Shown here one piece after another: positions 24,833 to 41,991 of a stretch of 64,000 bases of DNA (position 1 is its first letter; each line of letters starts with the position of its first letter). The notes beneath the pieces were generated by a model, which was not told the DNA's origin, made no database searches, and saw only the letters and a program-made list of their open reading frames with translations. Source of the DNA: the human T2T-CHM13v2.0 reference genome, Homo sapiens; NCBI RefSeq assembly GCF_009914755.1, contig NC_060941.1. The stretch is one strand, 5' to 3'. Made by a program: the position numbers and the translations under genes.

Positions 24833-24999
24833 TTGACTACTAATTTTGATTATAAAGATCGAAAAGAAATTGCTTCCAATTGGAAAACATTTAATCTGTA
24901 ATATCAATAGTAAGTTTTGGCAATAAAAAAATTGAAATAGACACGTGGAAACCAGTTAGGTAATTGCAACATTAACCCATCTCAAAGATTTAGGCTTAC

Positions 25000-25134
25000 T
25001 TTTTGCTGCTGTCTTCTTCACTGTCACATTCTTTTTAGGAACTGGGTTTGTAATTTCAGTTTCATCTGGGAAATGTGTAGCAGGAGGGCTTGAAGACAGT
25101 GGTACACTGCCCTTAACATCATCAGCTTCAAGGT
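25000..25134 (-). CDS. TOP2A: TOP2A exon 33 (DLEAD...TAAK)
   Basis: 135 nt; matches ORF track. Confidence 0.97.
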
Positions 25135-25561
25135 CTATTATTTCAAATGGAAAGGAAAATAGTACATTTAAGCAACACATGAAAATCCATTTTCTGCTTT
25201 GTCCCTGGTATGAATTCCTATTTAAACACCAAATATGTGACTTTTCTGGAATATTTAAAACATACTCTTAAAACTTTGTTCTAATTTCTGAATTTTTTAT
25301 CAGCAAGAACAGTTTTTATTTTTTGTATCTCTAGCACCTAGCAAAGTACCTGGCAAGCACTATGATTACTTTTAGTATACTGAATGCAGTACCTATTTAC
25401 ATGTGAAACTAAACCCAGTGAACAGTATCAACATAATGTTAATAAGAACTCAAATTTATTTCCAAAGGAAGTACTTGGATAATGTAGCCAGGATTAGAAC
25501 CCAGTTGGATCTGAGTGTCCCAGTAAGGCAGATGTCTCACTACTTTTACTTAAATACATAC

Positions 25562-25605
25562 CTGACACGACACTTTTCTGTGGTTTCAGTTCTTTGTTAC
25601 TAAGT
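25562..25605 (-). CDS. TOP2A: TOP2A exon 32 (LSNKELKPQKSVVS)
   Basis: 44 nt, AG/GT bounded. Confidence 0.95.
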
Positions 25606-25711
25606 CTAGAATTAAAAAAAAAAATCCTGACAACCAATTCTAAATGTGTCAAGCAAAAAACAATATATTAGAAACAATCATGACAAAACCCATATTAGAT
25701 AAGATACTTGC

Positions 25712-25835
25712 TTTGGGGAAGTTTTGGTCTTAGGTGGACTAGCATCTGATGGGACAAAATCTTCATCATCAGTTTTTTCATCAAAATCTGAGAAATCTTC
25801 ATCTGAATCCAAATCCATTGTGAATTTTGTTTTTG
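25712..25835 (-). CDS. TOP2A: TOP2A exon 31 (TKTKF...TSPK), GC donor
   Basis: 124 nt; reading frame requires donor AAA|GCAAGT. Confidence 0.93.
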
Positions 25836-26078
25836 CTAGTAAAAAAACCATATACAAAAAAATCAAAGAGGGTAGTAGGAGAAACAATTCATAGGTTGAC
25901 ATAACATTTCATGAATATTTTAGTTTTTAAATCTCCTGAAAGATGCTTCAGTGTTTCAAAGCTTTAACATAATTTACTGCTCTATTAAGACACAGTAATT
26001 TCTGGGGCAAAGTACCCTGAAGTATATTGGCCATTCCACTCTTACAGTTTATCTATAATGTTCTTTAGTTTTCCTTAC

Positions 26079-26231
26079 TTGCTGCTCTCCGTGGCTCTGT
26101 TTCTCGTGGAGGGACATCAAAATTACTTTCGTCACTGCTCCTATCTGATTCTGAATCAGACCAGGGATTTCTCTTCTTTCCTTTTTTGATTGGCTTAAAT
26201 GCCAATGTAGTTTGTTTCTTTGTCTTTGTAC
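26079..26231 (-). CDS. TOP2A: TOP2A exon 30 (GTKTK...RRAA)
   Basis: 153 nt, AG/GT bounded. Confidence 0.97.
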
Positions 26232-26613
26232 CTAGAGGGGAGATAGAAATTAATCACCTTTATATATTAGACCCACTTTTCTCCATCTATCATCCATCCA
26301 TCCTTCAAATTTATTAACTCCTGTGATAGTTCTGAGAATACAATCGTGAAAAGAGACAGATATGGTCTCTGTTTTTGTGGTGCATATAGCTTGGTCACTT
26401 AATCTCATAAATAAATGTGGCCGGGCACAGTGGCTCATGCCTGTAATCCCAGCACTTAGGGAGGCTGGGGCGGGAGGATTACTTGAGCCCAGGGGTTTGA
26501 GATCAGCTGGGGTAAGATATAAGACCCTGTCTTGGCTGGGTGCGGTGGCTCACACCTGTAATCTCAGCACTTTGGGAGGGTGAGGTAGGCGGATCGCTTG
26601 AGCTCAGGAGCTA

Positions 26614-26853
<240 letters not shown>

Positions 26854-27004
26854 CTACAAAATACAAAAAACTTTTAGAAATTAGCTAGTCATGGTGGCGA
26901 GTGCCTATAGTCCCAGCTACTTGGGAGGCTGAGATAGAAGGATTGCTTGAGCCAGGATTTCAAGACCAGCCTGGGCAAGAGTGAAACCCTGTCTCAAAAA
27001 AAGT

Positions 27005-28138
<1,134 letters not shown>

Positions 28139-28669
28139 TAAATGGGCAAATTTGGCATGTGAATATCTCAATAAAGATGTTTCAAAAAAAGTAGACAGTA
28201 AAGGCATTATCAAATGATTAACAGAATTATTAATTCTATTTAGTTCATTGAGTGGACATTATTTATATCCGAAGCATGATGTTGAACTCTAGAGATACTA
28301 CAAACATTACTAATATGTAGTCACTTTTCTTAAGAAACTTTGTATACTAGAACCTCGTAAGTGGCTAGAAAATGAAATCTAATAAACTGGGTATTTTCTT
28401 AGATCCCAATTAAGGAATTCAAATTAACAAACTACTTCATTACAAAATATTTTCTATAATGAATCAAATCCCAAGGACGATATTAAAGAGGTCCAGGCCA
28501 GGGGCAGTGGCTCACGCCTGTAATCCCAGCACTTTGGGAGGCCAAGGCGGGCAAATCACAAGGTCAGGAGTTTGAGACCAGCCTGACTAACATGGTGAAA
28601 CCCCGTCTCTACTAAAAATACAAAAAGCAGCCAGGCGTGGTGGCATGCACCTATAATCCCAGCTACTCA

Positions 28670-29032
<363 letters not shown>

Positions 29033-29242
29033 CTAAAAGATAGCAAAGTTAGGGTTGGATATAGAATAAATTCTGAACTATGGGATTAGAGATTTTATAC
29101 ATTTTTGGCTGGGAGCGGTGGCTCACGCCTGTAATCCCAGCACTTTGGGAGGCCGTGGTGGGCAGATCTCTTGAGGTCAGGAGTTCGAGACCAGCCTGGC
29201 CAAGATGGTGAAACCCCATCTCTACTAAAAATACAAAAATTA

Positions 29243-29401
<159 letters not shown>

Positions 29402-29426
29402 TTATACATTTTTTTTTCAATTTTAA

Positions 29427-29691
<265 letters not shown>

Positions 29692-29774
29692 TGAACCACT
29701 GACCTCAAGTGATCCACCCACCTTGGCCCCCAAAGTGCTGGGATTATAGGTGTGAGCCACCACAAGAGTATTAC

Positions 29775-29957
29775 CTTAATTTTCTTTTTATTTTTCTTTT
29801 CTGCCTCTGCTTTCATTTCTATGGTTATTCGTGGAATGACTCTTTGACCACGCGGAGAAGGCAAAACTTCAGCCATTTGTGTTTTTTTCCCCTTGGCCTT
29901 CCCCCCTTTCCCAGGAAGTCCGACTTGTTCATCTTGTTTTTCCTTGGCTTCAACAGC
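29775..29957 (-). CDS. TOP2A: TOP2A exon 28 (AVEAK...KKIK)
   Basis: 183 nt; donor AAG|GTAATA. Confidence 0.97.
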
Positions 29958-30797
29958 CTACAGAAGGGATATAAGAAAGCAAGTTTAAATGTTAACAAAA
30001 ACATTACAATATCTAAACACCCAACAGTTAAACTGATTTCATTTTGTTACATCTTAAAAACTAGTGATAAATTGCTCCATAACCTAGTATACTATCAACA
30101 ATAGTGAAGATGTAATTAAAACACACCTTGAAAAGGAAGGTGTGGAGACAGAAGGACTGGGTTTTATTCCTGATTCTACCACTTAACCTTTTTGAGGAAA
30201 ACAAGGGAGAAACTAAAAATAAAACATGTATATACATATATATTTGTAAACTCACATACAAAATATGAAAGGAAGTGATGCACACTTATCCAACCAACTG
30301 ATTACAATGAGCTAGGCATCTATACTGAAGTGCAGTAATACAAATTTGCATGTTAAATTTAAGAAATAAAGCTTTTGGTGGTTTTTTTTTTGTTTTTTTT
30401 TTTTTAAGAGACATGCAGGCTGAGTACAATGGTACATGATCATAGTTCACTGCAGCCTTGAACTCCTGGTCTCAAGTGATCCTCCCACCTTGGCCTCCGG
30501 AGTAGCTGAGACTATAGGCCCACACCACCATGCCTGGCTATTTAAAAAAAACATTTTGTAGAGATGAGGTCTTGCTACGTTACCCAAGCTGGTTTTGAAC
30601 TCCTAATCTCAAGTGATCCTCCTGCCTCAGCCTCCCAAAGCACATTGGGATTACAGGTGTGAGCCACAGTGCTGGCCTTTTTTCTTATGTTAAAATAATG
30701 TTGAGAAACAAATGTTATTAGGAAGATTTAAGTAACAAATAACCTTCTGAAACCATCTGGATAGCCCTGCTTTCTCCTTTTTTTTTTTTTTTTTTAG

Positions 30798-31131
<334 letters not shown>

Positions 31132-31288
31132 TAGGCTCTTTTTATCTTCTCAGTCCTAATATGTTCTTCCCTTTATCAAAAATCAACTCCTGCTCTTTTC
31201 TTTTTTTGTCCAGAAATGTCTGAATGTCTGGGCAGTCTCCTGGTATCATTTACTGTATTCTAAATAGTATTTTTTTTTTTTTTTTTGA

Positions 31289-31447
<159 letters not shown>

Positions 31448-32048
31448 TAGTAGAGACAGGGTTTCTCCATGTTGGTCAGGCTGGTCTCGAACTCCCAACC
31501 TCAGGTGATCTGCCTGCTTCGGCCTCCCAAAGTGCTGGGATTGTAGGTGTGAGCCACCGCACCCGGCCTTGTATTCTAAGTAGTATTTAATAATCTGTCC
31601 CTTTTTTTTTTTTTTTTTTTTTGAGACGGAGTCTTGCTGTGTTGCCTAGGCTGGAGTGCAGTGGTGTGATCTCGGTTCACTGCAACCTCTGCCTCTCGGT
31701 TCAAGCAATTCTCCTGCCTCAGCCTCCTGAGTAACTGGTATGCACCATCATGCCTGGCTAATTTTTGTGTTTTTAGTAGAAATGGGGTTTTACCATGTTG
31801 GCCAGGCTGGTCTTGAACCCCTGACCTCAAGTGATCCACCCAACTCAGCCTTCCAAAATGCTGGGATTACCAGCGTGAGCCACTGCACCTGGCCAATAAT
31901 CTGTTCTTTTATACGCTATTTGGAATTTATCCTTATGCCTCTTATTTTCTTTTTATTGCCAATTGTGAACTATCTTGACAAAGGTATACTGCTGGAATAT
32001 ATTATTTCATTAATAAAAATTCTAACATGGGCATTATAAACTACATAC

Positions 32049-32132
32049 CTCCAATTCTTCAATAAATGTAGCCAAGTCTTCTTTCCACAAATCTGATGGA
32101 CTCTTTCTTTTTAATGTGTCCAGCTCTTGTTC
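32049..32132 (-). CDS. TOP2A: TOP2A exon 27 (EQELD...EELE)
   Basis: 84 nt, AG/GT bounded. Confidence 0.96.
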
Positions 32133-32263
32133 CTTCATAAGATAATTACAAAATTGAGTTAATATATGTATACAAGCAGCATTTTCATGCAACACACAAT
32201 TTTACTTTTACCATTAGAATAGAACAAAACTAAGCAGCATGTACCATCCTACTATCAACTCAC

Positions 32264-32428
32264 TTTTTCATTTCTTAGCCTGCAGAGTTCATCTTTCTTT
32301 TCCTTGGTTAAATACCAAAGGGGCATATCAAGAAGATAGTTGAAGGTTGGTCCAGAATCTGTTACGGAGTCACTCTTTTCAGTTTCCTTTTCGTTGTCAC
32401 TCTCTTCATTTTCTTCTTCATCTGGAAC
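32264..32428 (-). CDS. TOP2A: TOP2A exon 26 (VPDEE...RNEK)
   Basis: 165 nt, AG/GT bounded. Confidence 0.97.
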
Positions 32429-32530
32429 CTAAAGGATTAATTAAAATCTAGCTTTATTAGAAAATGTGAAACATAAACATTGTACAATACATAGTCTTTA
32501 ACAATATAGAAAAGTGCCACCCAAGATTAC

Positions 32531-32622
32531 CTTTTGCTGGGCTTCTTTCCAGGCCTTCACAGGATCCGAATCATATCCCCTCTGAATCAGAACTTTAATT
32601 AATTCTTTCTTAGGCTTATTTT
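32531..32622 (-). CDS. TOP2A: TOP2A exon 25 (ENKPK...AQQK)
   Basis: 92 nt, AG/GT bounded. Confidence 0.96.
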
Positions 32623-33370
32623 CTATTTTTAAAAAAGTAAACAGAGATAATGATTTTGAGTAATATTTTAGGAAGGGGATAAGGTTTTACACAAGTCAAA
32701 AGTTTAAAACTGGAAATTAAACTGTCTTCGTGCTTGCATAAATTTGTATATCCCGGTATACAGGCAAGTCTCCCTAAACCATTGACAAATGTAAATTACC
32801 ACAAGGGGGCAGTCAAATCATATATGAGGCTATGATCAAATCATTTTTTTTTGGAGACAGGGTCTCTCTCACTCTTGTGTCCAGGCTGGAGTGCAGTGGC
32901 ACTACCTAGGCTCACTGCAGCCTTGACCTCCCCAGCTCAAGTGCTGAGATTACAGGCATGCGCCACCACACCCAGAGAGTAGAAGCCATTCGTAATCTTC
33001 CTGCCTTTTTTTTTTTTTACCATCAGATTTATTATCTCTTCTCTGTCTCTTTTATTTTCTGTTCCTGTAGACATGATTAGTGTATCTATTCTCTTGGTCA
33101 ATCAGTTTATGCAAGGTCTTCTAGCTCTCTATTCTCCTCATGTCTAATTGTCAACTAAATCTTGATTTCTCAAGATGCTCAGTCAAGGAAACATCATCTC
33201 TTTCAAACTATAAATACCTAATCAGATATTTTAAAGAAATGCGTGTATAAGTGACCAGGTGAATTAAATGGATTTTGCCTCTTTCTCCACCATTACTCTC
33301 ACCAAAAATGTTTAAAGAAAGTTTGGCGTAACTAGAGTTTTAGTAAGCAGTTATTATTCCCAAAACATAC

Positions 33371-33566
33371 CAATGATTATTTTGCCATCTATTTTCTCTA
33401 AGATAAAGCGAGCCTGATTATTCAGTTTAGCAGATTCAGCACCAAGCATTCCTAGGAGCCATTCTTTTCTTAATCCATAATATTTAAGTCTGAGTTCAAA
33501 AAAGTCTCTTAGAATATCCAACACCGTGTCATATTTCTTTAAACAGCCTACGTGGTCAAAAAGCAC
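33371..33566 (-). CDS. TOP2A: TOP2A exon 24 (VLFDH...KIII)
   Basis: 196 nt; matches ORF track. Confidence 0.97.
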
Positions 33567-33707
33567 CTGAAAAAGGAAAACAAGATTAGAGCCAAGAATA
33601 GACAAATTGGCTAAACTTTATAAAGGTAGACTAAGATATACTTTTAAAATTGATATTAATCTTTAATATAAATTGAAACGTGTACATCTCACAAAACAAA
33701 TACATAC

Positions 33708-33908
33708 CATAGAGTTGCATGTGAGACTAGTTTGGAGTTTGAAGACTTTGTGTAGTCCAACTCTCTCTGCCTCTGCCAGTTTTTCTTCAGTCATCTTCAC
33801 AACAAATTTCACAGTGGTATCTGTATGGTATTCCCTATAGTCTGTTATGAGAGGAGGTGTCTTCTCGGTGCCATTCAACATGGGTTCTAGAACTTGTTCT
33901 TTGTATGT
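33708..33908 (-). CDS. TOP2A: TOP2A exon 23 (TYKEQ...CNSM)
   Basis: 201 nt; matches ORF track. Confidence 0.97.
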
Positions 33909-34027
33909 CTAAAGAAAGAAATAATCCTGAAGTTTCTAAAATATAGGCTTCTGAATAGTCAACAGCAATAGTACAAAAGGTATTTCTTTTGATCACAAAC
34001 CTAAAAAAGAAATCCACAATTATTTAC

Positions 34028-34162
34028 CTGGGTCCATGTTCTGACGGGAAGCTCTGAGATTTCAATGGTTGTAGAATTAAGAATAGCTACTTCACCACTA
34101 ATCACATATTGATTTGGAGCCAGTTCTTCAATAGTACCCTTGAAGTTCTTGTAACTTGGAAG
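34028..34162 (-). CDS. TOP2A: TOP2A exon 22 (LPSYK...TWTQ)
   Basis: 135 nt, AG/GT bounded. Confidence 0.97.
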
Positions 34163-34348
34163 CTAAATTGGCATTTAAAAAAACAGTATGTTTTCTAAAT
34201 GTGATACTAGACGGAAATCACAACAGCGTTTAACAATAAATCTAAAGTATGAAATTAAATTTTATGTTTGCATCATCTTTAATCATACAATCTATTCAAC
34301 TGAAACCCAAGGAAAAGTTAAGGCTCTTAACACACACAGAATACTTAC

Positions 34349-34580
34349 CATTGGCAAAGGTTCTTCTCCATCCATCAAACGCCTGATGTTATTTACAATT
34401 TCACGCACATCAAAGTTGGGGATTTTGCAGGACCACCCAGTACCGATTCCTTCAGCACCATTTATCAGCACCATGGGAATAATAGGAATGTACCATTCAG
34501 GCTCAACACGCTGGTTGTCATCATATAAAAACTTCAACGTGTGATCATCTTTTGGTGGAAATAACAATCGAGCCAAAGAG
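34349..34580 (-). CDS. TOP2A: TOP2A exon 21 (SLARL...PLPM)
   Basis: 232 nt; NGAEGIGTGW motif. Confidence 0.98.
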
Positions 34581-34699
34581 CTAAAGAAAAGAAACAAAGA
34601 ATGTTATTTTACAAAAATACTGAATTTCACACTTAACTTTTATGGAAAGGACATGTATTATACATGAAAATTATCTTGGTTTTACTTGCTGACTAATAT

Positions 34700-36100
<1,401 letters not shown>

Positions 36101-36197
36101 TCATAATATACTTTCCATAGGCTTGTAAAGGAGTAAAATTTCAATTGTGATATTTAGGAAGAATCAAAGTCTCCTTTACTCAGTCCCAAGCTCTACA

Positions 36198-36308
36198 TCA
36201 GGATTTCTCAACCTTAGCATAATTGACATGTTGCACTGGATAATTGTTATGGGGGGGCTTTCCTGTATAAGCCTCACCCCTGGCCTCTGCCACTAGATGC
36301 CAGTATCT
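36198..36308. mobile_element. MER20 fragment
   Basis: cagg.tttctcaacct..ataatt..gggg..cctggcctct.ccactagatgccagta. Confidence 0.7.
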
Positions 36309-36404
36309 TCTGATTAACTGAGTTTTTGTATTTTTGGTGAACTAAATCTCACATTGTTTCAAAACTGGAAATGGCAAGTCACTAGAAAGTGAAAGCATAC
36401 CTAC

Positions 36405-36553
36405 CTGAGCATTGTAAAGATGTATCGTGGACTAGCAGAATCCTTGCCACCATGTAGCCTGGTACCAAACTGACCAATGGGCTGCAAGAGGTTTAGATTA
36501 TTGCTACCCACAAAATTCTGAGCCAAATTGATAATGGTCATCATTAGTGACAT
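36405..36553 (-). CDS. TOP2A: TOP2A exon 20, carries catalytic Tyr805 (codon 36422-36424)
   Basis: 149 nt; SASPRYIFT motif. Confidence 0.98.
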
Positions 36554-37650
36554 CTGTGGGGAAAAAAAGATTCATTAAGCTGAGGCTTTTACTAATACAA
36601 ATACATTATGACTTAACCTCACTATAATCCTGTAACATTTTGTGAGGTCTAGTTGTTTAGTGACTTTCCTCAGATTAATAGATGGCAGAAATAGTACTTG
36701 AACCTACAACTTCTGGCTCCAAGTTTAGGGCTGCCGTCCAACAATTTCTATTAAATCCCACTCAACTTTGAAGGCATAGTTCTTCTCCTTATCCTCAGCA
36801 AAATGAAATATTTCCTCCTTTGTGTTACAATGCTGTGTTCATTTCTATTCTAGCATGTATCACTTTATTCTATAGCTGTGTGTGTATTGGCCCTCTGGCT
36901 AAATTGTTATTATATCTTGGGGATAAGGAACATATTTTTATTTATTTTTGTATACCTGGTACATGGTAGGCATTCAACAAATGTTCGTTGGGTGAAAATT
37001 TATTGTATCCCTACTATATTTTGATTGAAAGCAACAAGACAACCATTATATTTAAAATTCTAGAAACCTGTAGGCAATCTAGTTCTTTAAAACTGTTTTA
37101 CATAATTAATGCAAAAAGTAATCACAAAACATTGGTGTAAAGTCAAACAATTCAGACACATATAAAAAGTGAAAGTTGCCCTTTCCAGTTCTCAGGGGTA
37201 ACTAAAGTGAACAATTTGGAACATATCCTTGTAGACATTTTTAGTTATTGTTCTGTCTCTTTTTTTCCTCACCTGAGAATAGACCCTGGATATTCCTCAG
37301 TGTCAGTGCACACAGTTTTACTGAAGTTACAGCACTGATTCCATGCATACATGTGTCACAATTTATTATAACAATTTTCAAATCAGTGGAGGTCTAAATT
37401 TTGACATCACAAAGTTATAATAAACATACTAAGCATTTTTTAATGTAGACCTTTGCAGACTTATGAATATCCCTGCAGGAATATTACTTTCAGAAATCAA
37501 AGGGCAAGCAGTTTTATTCTTTCACAGGTTTTACCAACTTGTTCTTTACTATGAATATATGAGCTTATACTTTCACCAAATCTGTTTTGAGAATGACTCT
37601 GCAGGGATTTCTGATATAATGCTTTCTGGAAACATGGATTGTGTGTTTAC

Positions 37651-37772
37651 CTCACCATGATGATAAGAAGACATTTCAGCCACTGATCCAGCTAATTGGG
37701 CAACCTTTACTTCTCGCTTGTCATTCCGTTTGAAGCAAGTAAACAAAACCTTTCTCTGACCTGGTTTCAAAC
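37651..37772 (-). CDS. TOP2A: TOP2A exon 19 (GLKPGQRK...YHHGE)
   Basis: 122 nt; weak donor GAG|GTAAAC. Confidence 0.97.
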
Positions 37773-37875
37773 CTTTAAAATGAAATAAGAGCAAACGTAA
37801 GTATCCTCAATTTAACCAATTTTGGAATTTGATTTCCATCTTACAATGAAAACAGACTAACAAATTGGAACTCAC

Positions 37876-37990
37876 CATCCACCATAGAAGGGATAGATCT
37901 CTCGTTATCAGAATTTGAGAACAAGATAAGTTCCTTGTTGATGAAGTCATTATATGTCAGATATGTGGTAGTTTGTCCATACAAGTAATC
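37876..37990 (-). CDS. TOP2A: TOP2A exon 18 (DYLYG...SMVD)
   Basis: 115 nt, AG/GT bounded. Confidence 0.97.
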
Positions 37991-38289
37991 CTGAAGGACC
38001 AAATAGTATTACATGAGTCTACCGGTCTAAACAATGCTCAACACAAAAATCAAACAGAAACCTTTCAGAACTAAGAATTATTTCTGTAATTCTTAAGTCT
38101 TTAAAAAATATTGAATAATACAGAAATATTTTATATGTTTTAAAGATAAAGCAAATTTAACTGCTGCACAACTCTATCATATCAAATTTTTTACTAAAAT
38201 AACTATTCAGTAAGTTTAATTTGCTATAGTATCAATACCAAAAGGTCAGTCTAACAATCCATTTTGTGGCATATATTTAAAACTTTTAC

Positions 38290-38382
38290 CTCAGGAAGCC
38301 CAAGTAACTTTCGTTGTCTTCTATCCTCCATGAAATTAGTTAACCATTCCTTTCGATCATCTATCTGTTTTTTGCTAAAGGC
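38290..38382 (-). CDS. TOP2A: TOP2A exon 17 (AFSKK...GLPE)
   Basis: 93 nt, AG/GT bounded. Confidence 0.97.
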
Positions 38383-38423
38383 CTATAAATTAAAGGATGA
38401 AAAGATGTCACTGGTACTAATAG

Positions 38424-38675
<252 letters not shown>

Positions 38676-38889
38676 TGAAATGGAGTTTCACTCTTGTGGA
38701 ATGTGATGGCACGATTTCGGCTCCCACAACCTCCACTTCCCAAGTTCAAGTGATTCTCCTGCCTCAGCCTCCCGTGTAGCTGGGATTACAGGCACGTGCC
38801 ACCACACCCAGCTAATATTTTGTATTTTTAGTAGAGATGGGGTTTCACCATGTTGGTCAGGCTGGTCTTGAACTCCCGAGCTCAGGTGA

Positions 38890-39174
<285 letters not shown>

Positions 39175-39200
39175 TAGCCAGGATGGTCTCCATCTCATGA

Positions 39201-39471
<271 letters not shown>

Positions 39472-39883
39472 TAGCCAGGATGGTCTTGATCTCCTGACCT
39501 TGTGATCTGCTCGCCTCTGCCTCCCAAAGTGCTGGGATTACAGGCGTGAGCCACTACGCTCGGCCAATTTTCGTATTTTTAGTAGAGAGGGGGTTTCACC
39601 ATGTTGGACAGGTTGGTCTCCAACTCTTGATCTCAGGTGATCCACCTGCCTTGGCCTCCCAAAGTCCTAGAATTATAGGCATGAGCCACCAAGCCCAGCC
39701 AAAAATCAAAATTTTCTAAAATATCTGATTCCTTCTCTGGGATATGCTTACTGGAAACATTCTATTCTATAAAACATTCTTTTTTTTTTGATACGGAGTC
39801 TTATACAAAAATGTAAATGTTTCAACTGGCTAAAGTAGTGATTTCTAAAATTAGAATGTATATAAAATACAACTCAAACCTAC

Positions 39884-39993
39884 CAGGCTGATAGCAGCAT
39901 CATCTTCAGGACCAGAATATTTGAACTGGATACGATGTCTTTTCATATCTGCAAAGTATTCTTTAGCTTCCTTTGATGTGCTGGTGCCCAAAC
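39884..39993 (-). CDS. TOP2A: TOP2A exon 16 (GLGTS...AISL)
   Basis: 110 nt, AG/GT bounded. Confidence 0.97.
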
Positions 39994-40083
39994 CTATAAA
40001 ACCAAAAATACCAAGTTCCTTCATATAGTCTTGTACAGGGTGTATAATAAAATGAGAAGTTCTATATGGGTTTCATTACAAAC

Positions 40084-40189
40084 CTTTGTAATATTTGACT
40101 TTCCATTTTTTATGATTTGGAGTAGAACTCTTCCACTCTTCAAATTCAGGAAGGCTGTAAAATGCCATTTCTTGCTTGTTTTTAGATAC
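40084..40189 (-). CDS. TOP2A: TOP2A exon 15 (VSKNK...KYYK)
   Basis: 106 nt, AG/GT bounded. Confidence 0.97.
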
Positions 40190-40331
40190 CTGTGATAAAA
40201 AACAATGACTGTGGCTTTGTACACTGTGGGGTCCCCTGTATACCACTACATGTGACGGGGCTTATATGTATATCCAGGTTTGAGGAGTAGGGTCTTAAAA
40301 TATCCATGATGGTACTTAGAAATTAGCGTAC

Positions 40332-40799
<468 letters not shown>

Positions 40800-41048
40800 T
40801 TATGACTGACCTACTGGCAATTTGTCAAATTTTCTATGGGAATCAAAAAAGGTCTGTTCAAATCCAGACTCACTTAACCTGTATTTGCAACATACATATG
40901 ATATAAGCATATCTGATTAGATGTTGATTAGAGATGATGAATAAAGCTCCTATTTAAGTAATTTATTTTCATGGCAAAAAACAATGAAATTAAATTAAGA
41001 CATGCTTAATTTAGTTGAACAATCTAAAAATTTAATAACAAATCTGAC

Positions 41049-41174
41049 CTGATCTGTCATAATCATTATCTTCCCATAACGAAGCGTCTTCAATGAATCT
41101 TCATCTTCATAGTTTTTCTTGTACTGAAGACCCACAATCTTGATGATATTGTTAATCTCAGCATTTTCCATGAT
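41049..41174 (-). CDS. TOP2A: TOP2A exon 13 (IMENA...MTDQ)
   Basis: 126 nt, AG/GT bounded. Confidence 0.97.
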
Positions 41175-41466
41175 CTGAAATGGACATATACCAAAAAAAG
41201 CATCGTTTATAAATTTGAAAAGAACAAAGAAATTTAACAGTATATGTTGCTTGGATTTTCTTGAGCTCCAGTATTTTGAGCTATTAGCTTATAATTTACT
41301 ACATCAGAAAGGTCTGTTAAAATAGGCTACAATGTACCTAATTTCTCAAAATAAGCACAAATTGTCTAAAATATATTTTAAAATGCCTAATGAGGGAATT
41401 AAATATAAGCATAAAGTCTTGTATTATAAATTAGATTTAGATTCTGAAGATCGTCTTATATTCTAC

Positions 41467-41624
41467 CTGCTTATGAGAAGCTTCTCGAACATTGAGTATT
41501 TTTCCTCTAAGAGGGAAAACCCCATATTTGTCTCTCCCAACCACACCAAGGCCTGAAACAGCCAAAGTTTTGGCTGAATCTCCCTCAGTCAGGATAAGCG
41601 TACACTCAGTGGAGTTTCGGCCCC
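41467..41624 (-). CDS. TOP2A: TOP2A exon 12 (TOPRIM EGDSA, PLRGK)
   Basis: 158 nt; matches ORF track. Confidence 0.98.
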
Positions 41625-41991
41625 CTAAAATAAAAATATACATATTAATATTAGCACATTTAGTTCAACCTCAAATATACTAACTTGAACATGCTGTTTA
41701 TAGCCTTGTGATAAAACACAATTTACTATATAATGAGCAAAATTATTTGTTAGGTAATAGATCATAATATAAACATTCTTGTTTTATACTCCAAAATAAT
41801 CACCTCAATATTATTTATAACATGGAAATGACCTAAATCTTCCATAATAGGAAACGGGCCGATTTTTAACAAGTTATTCTGTTGAATATAGTTATTCTGT
41901 CAAGGGAAAAATAAATATCCGTGGTATGCCATTAATGAATAAAATAACAACTATAAGACTTAAAAGTTTGGAAACATTATTAAATATATAC

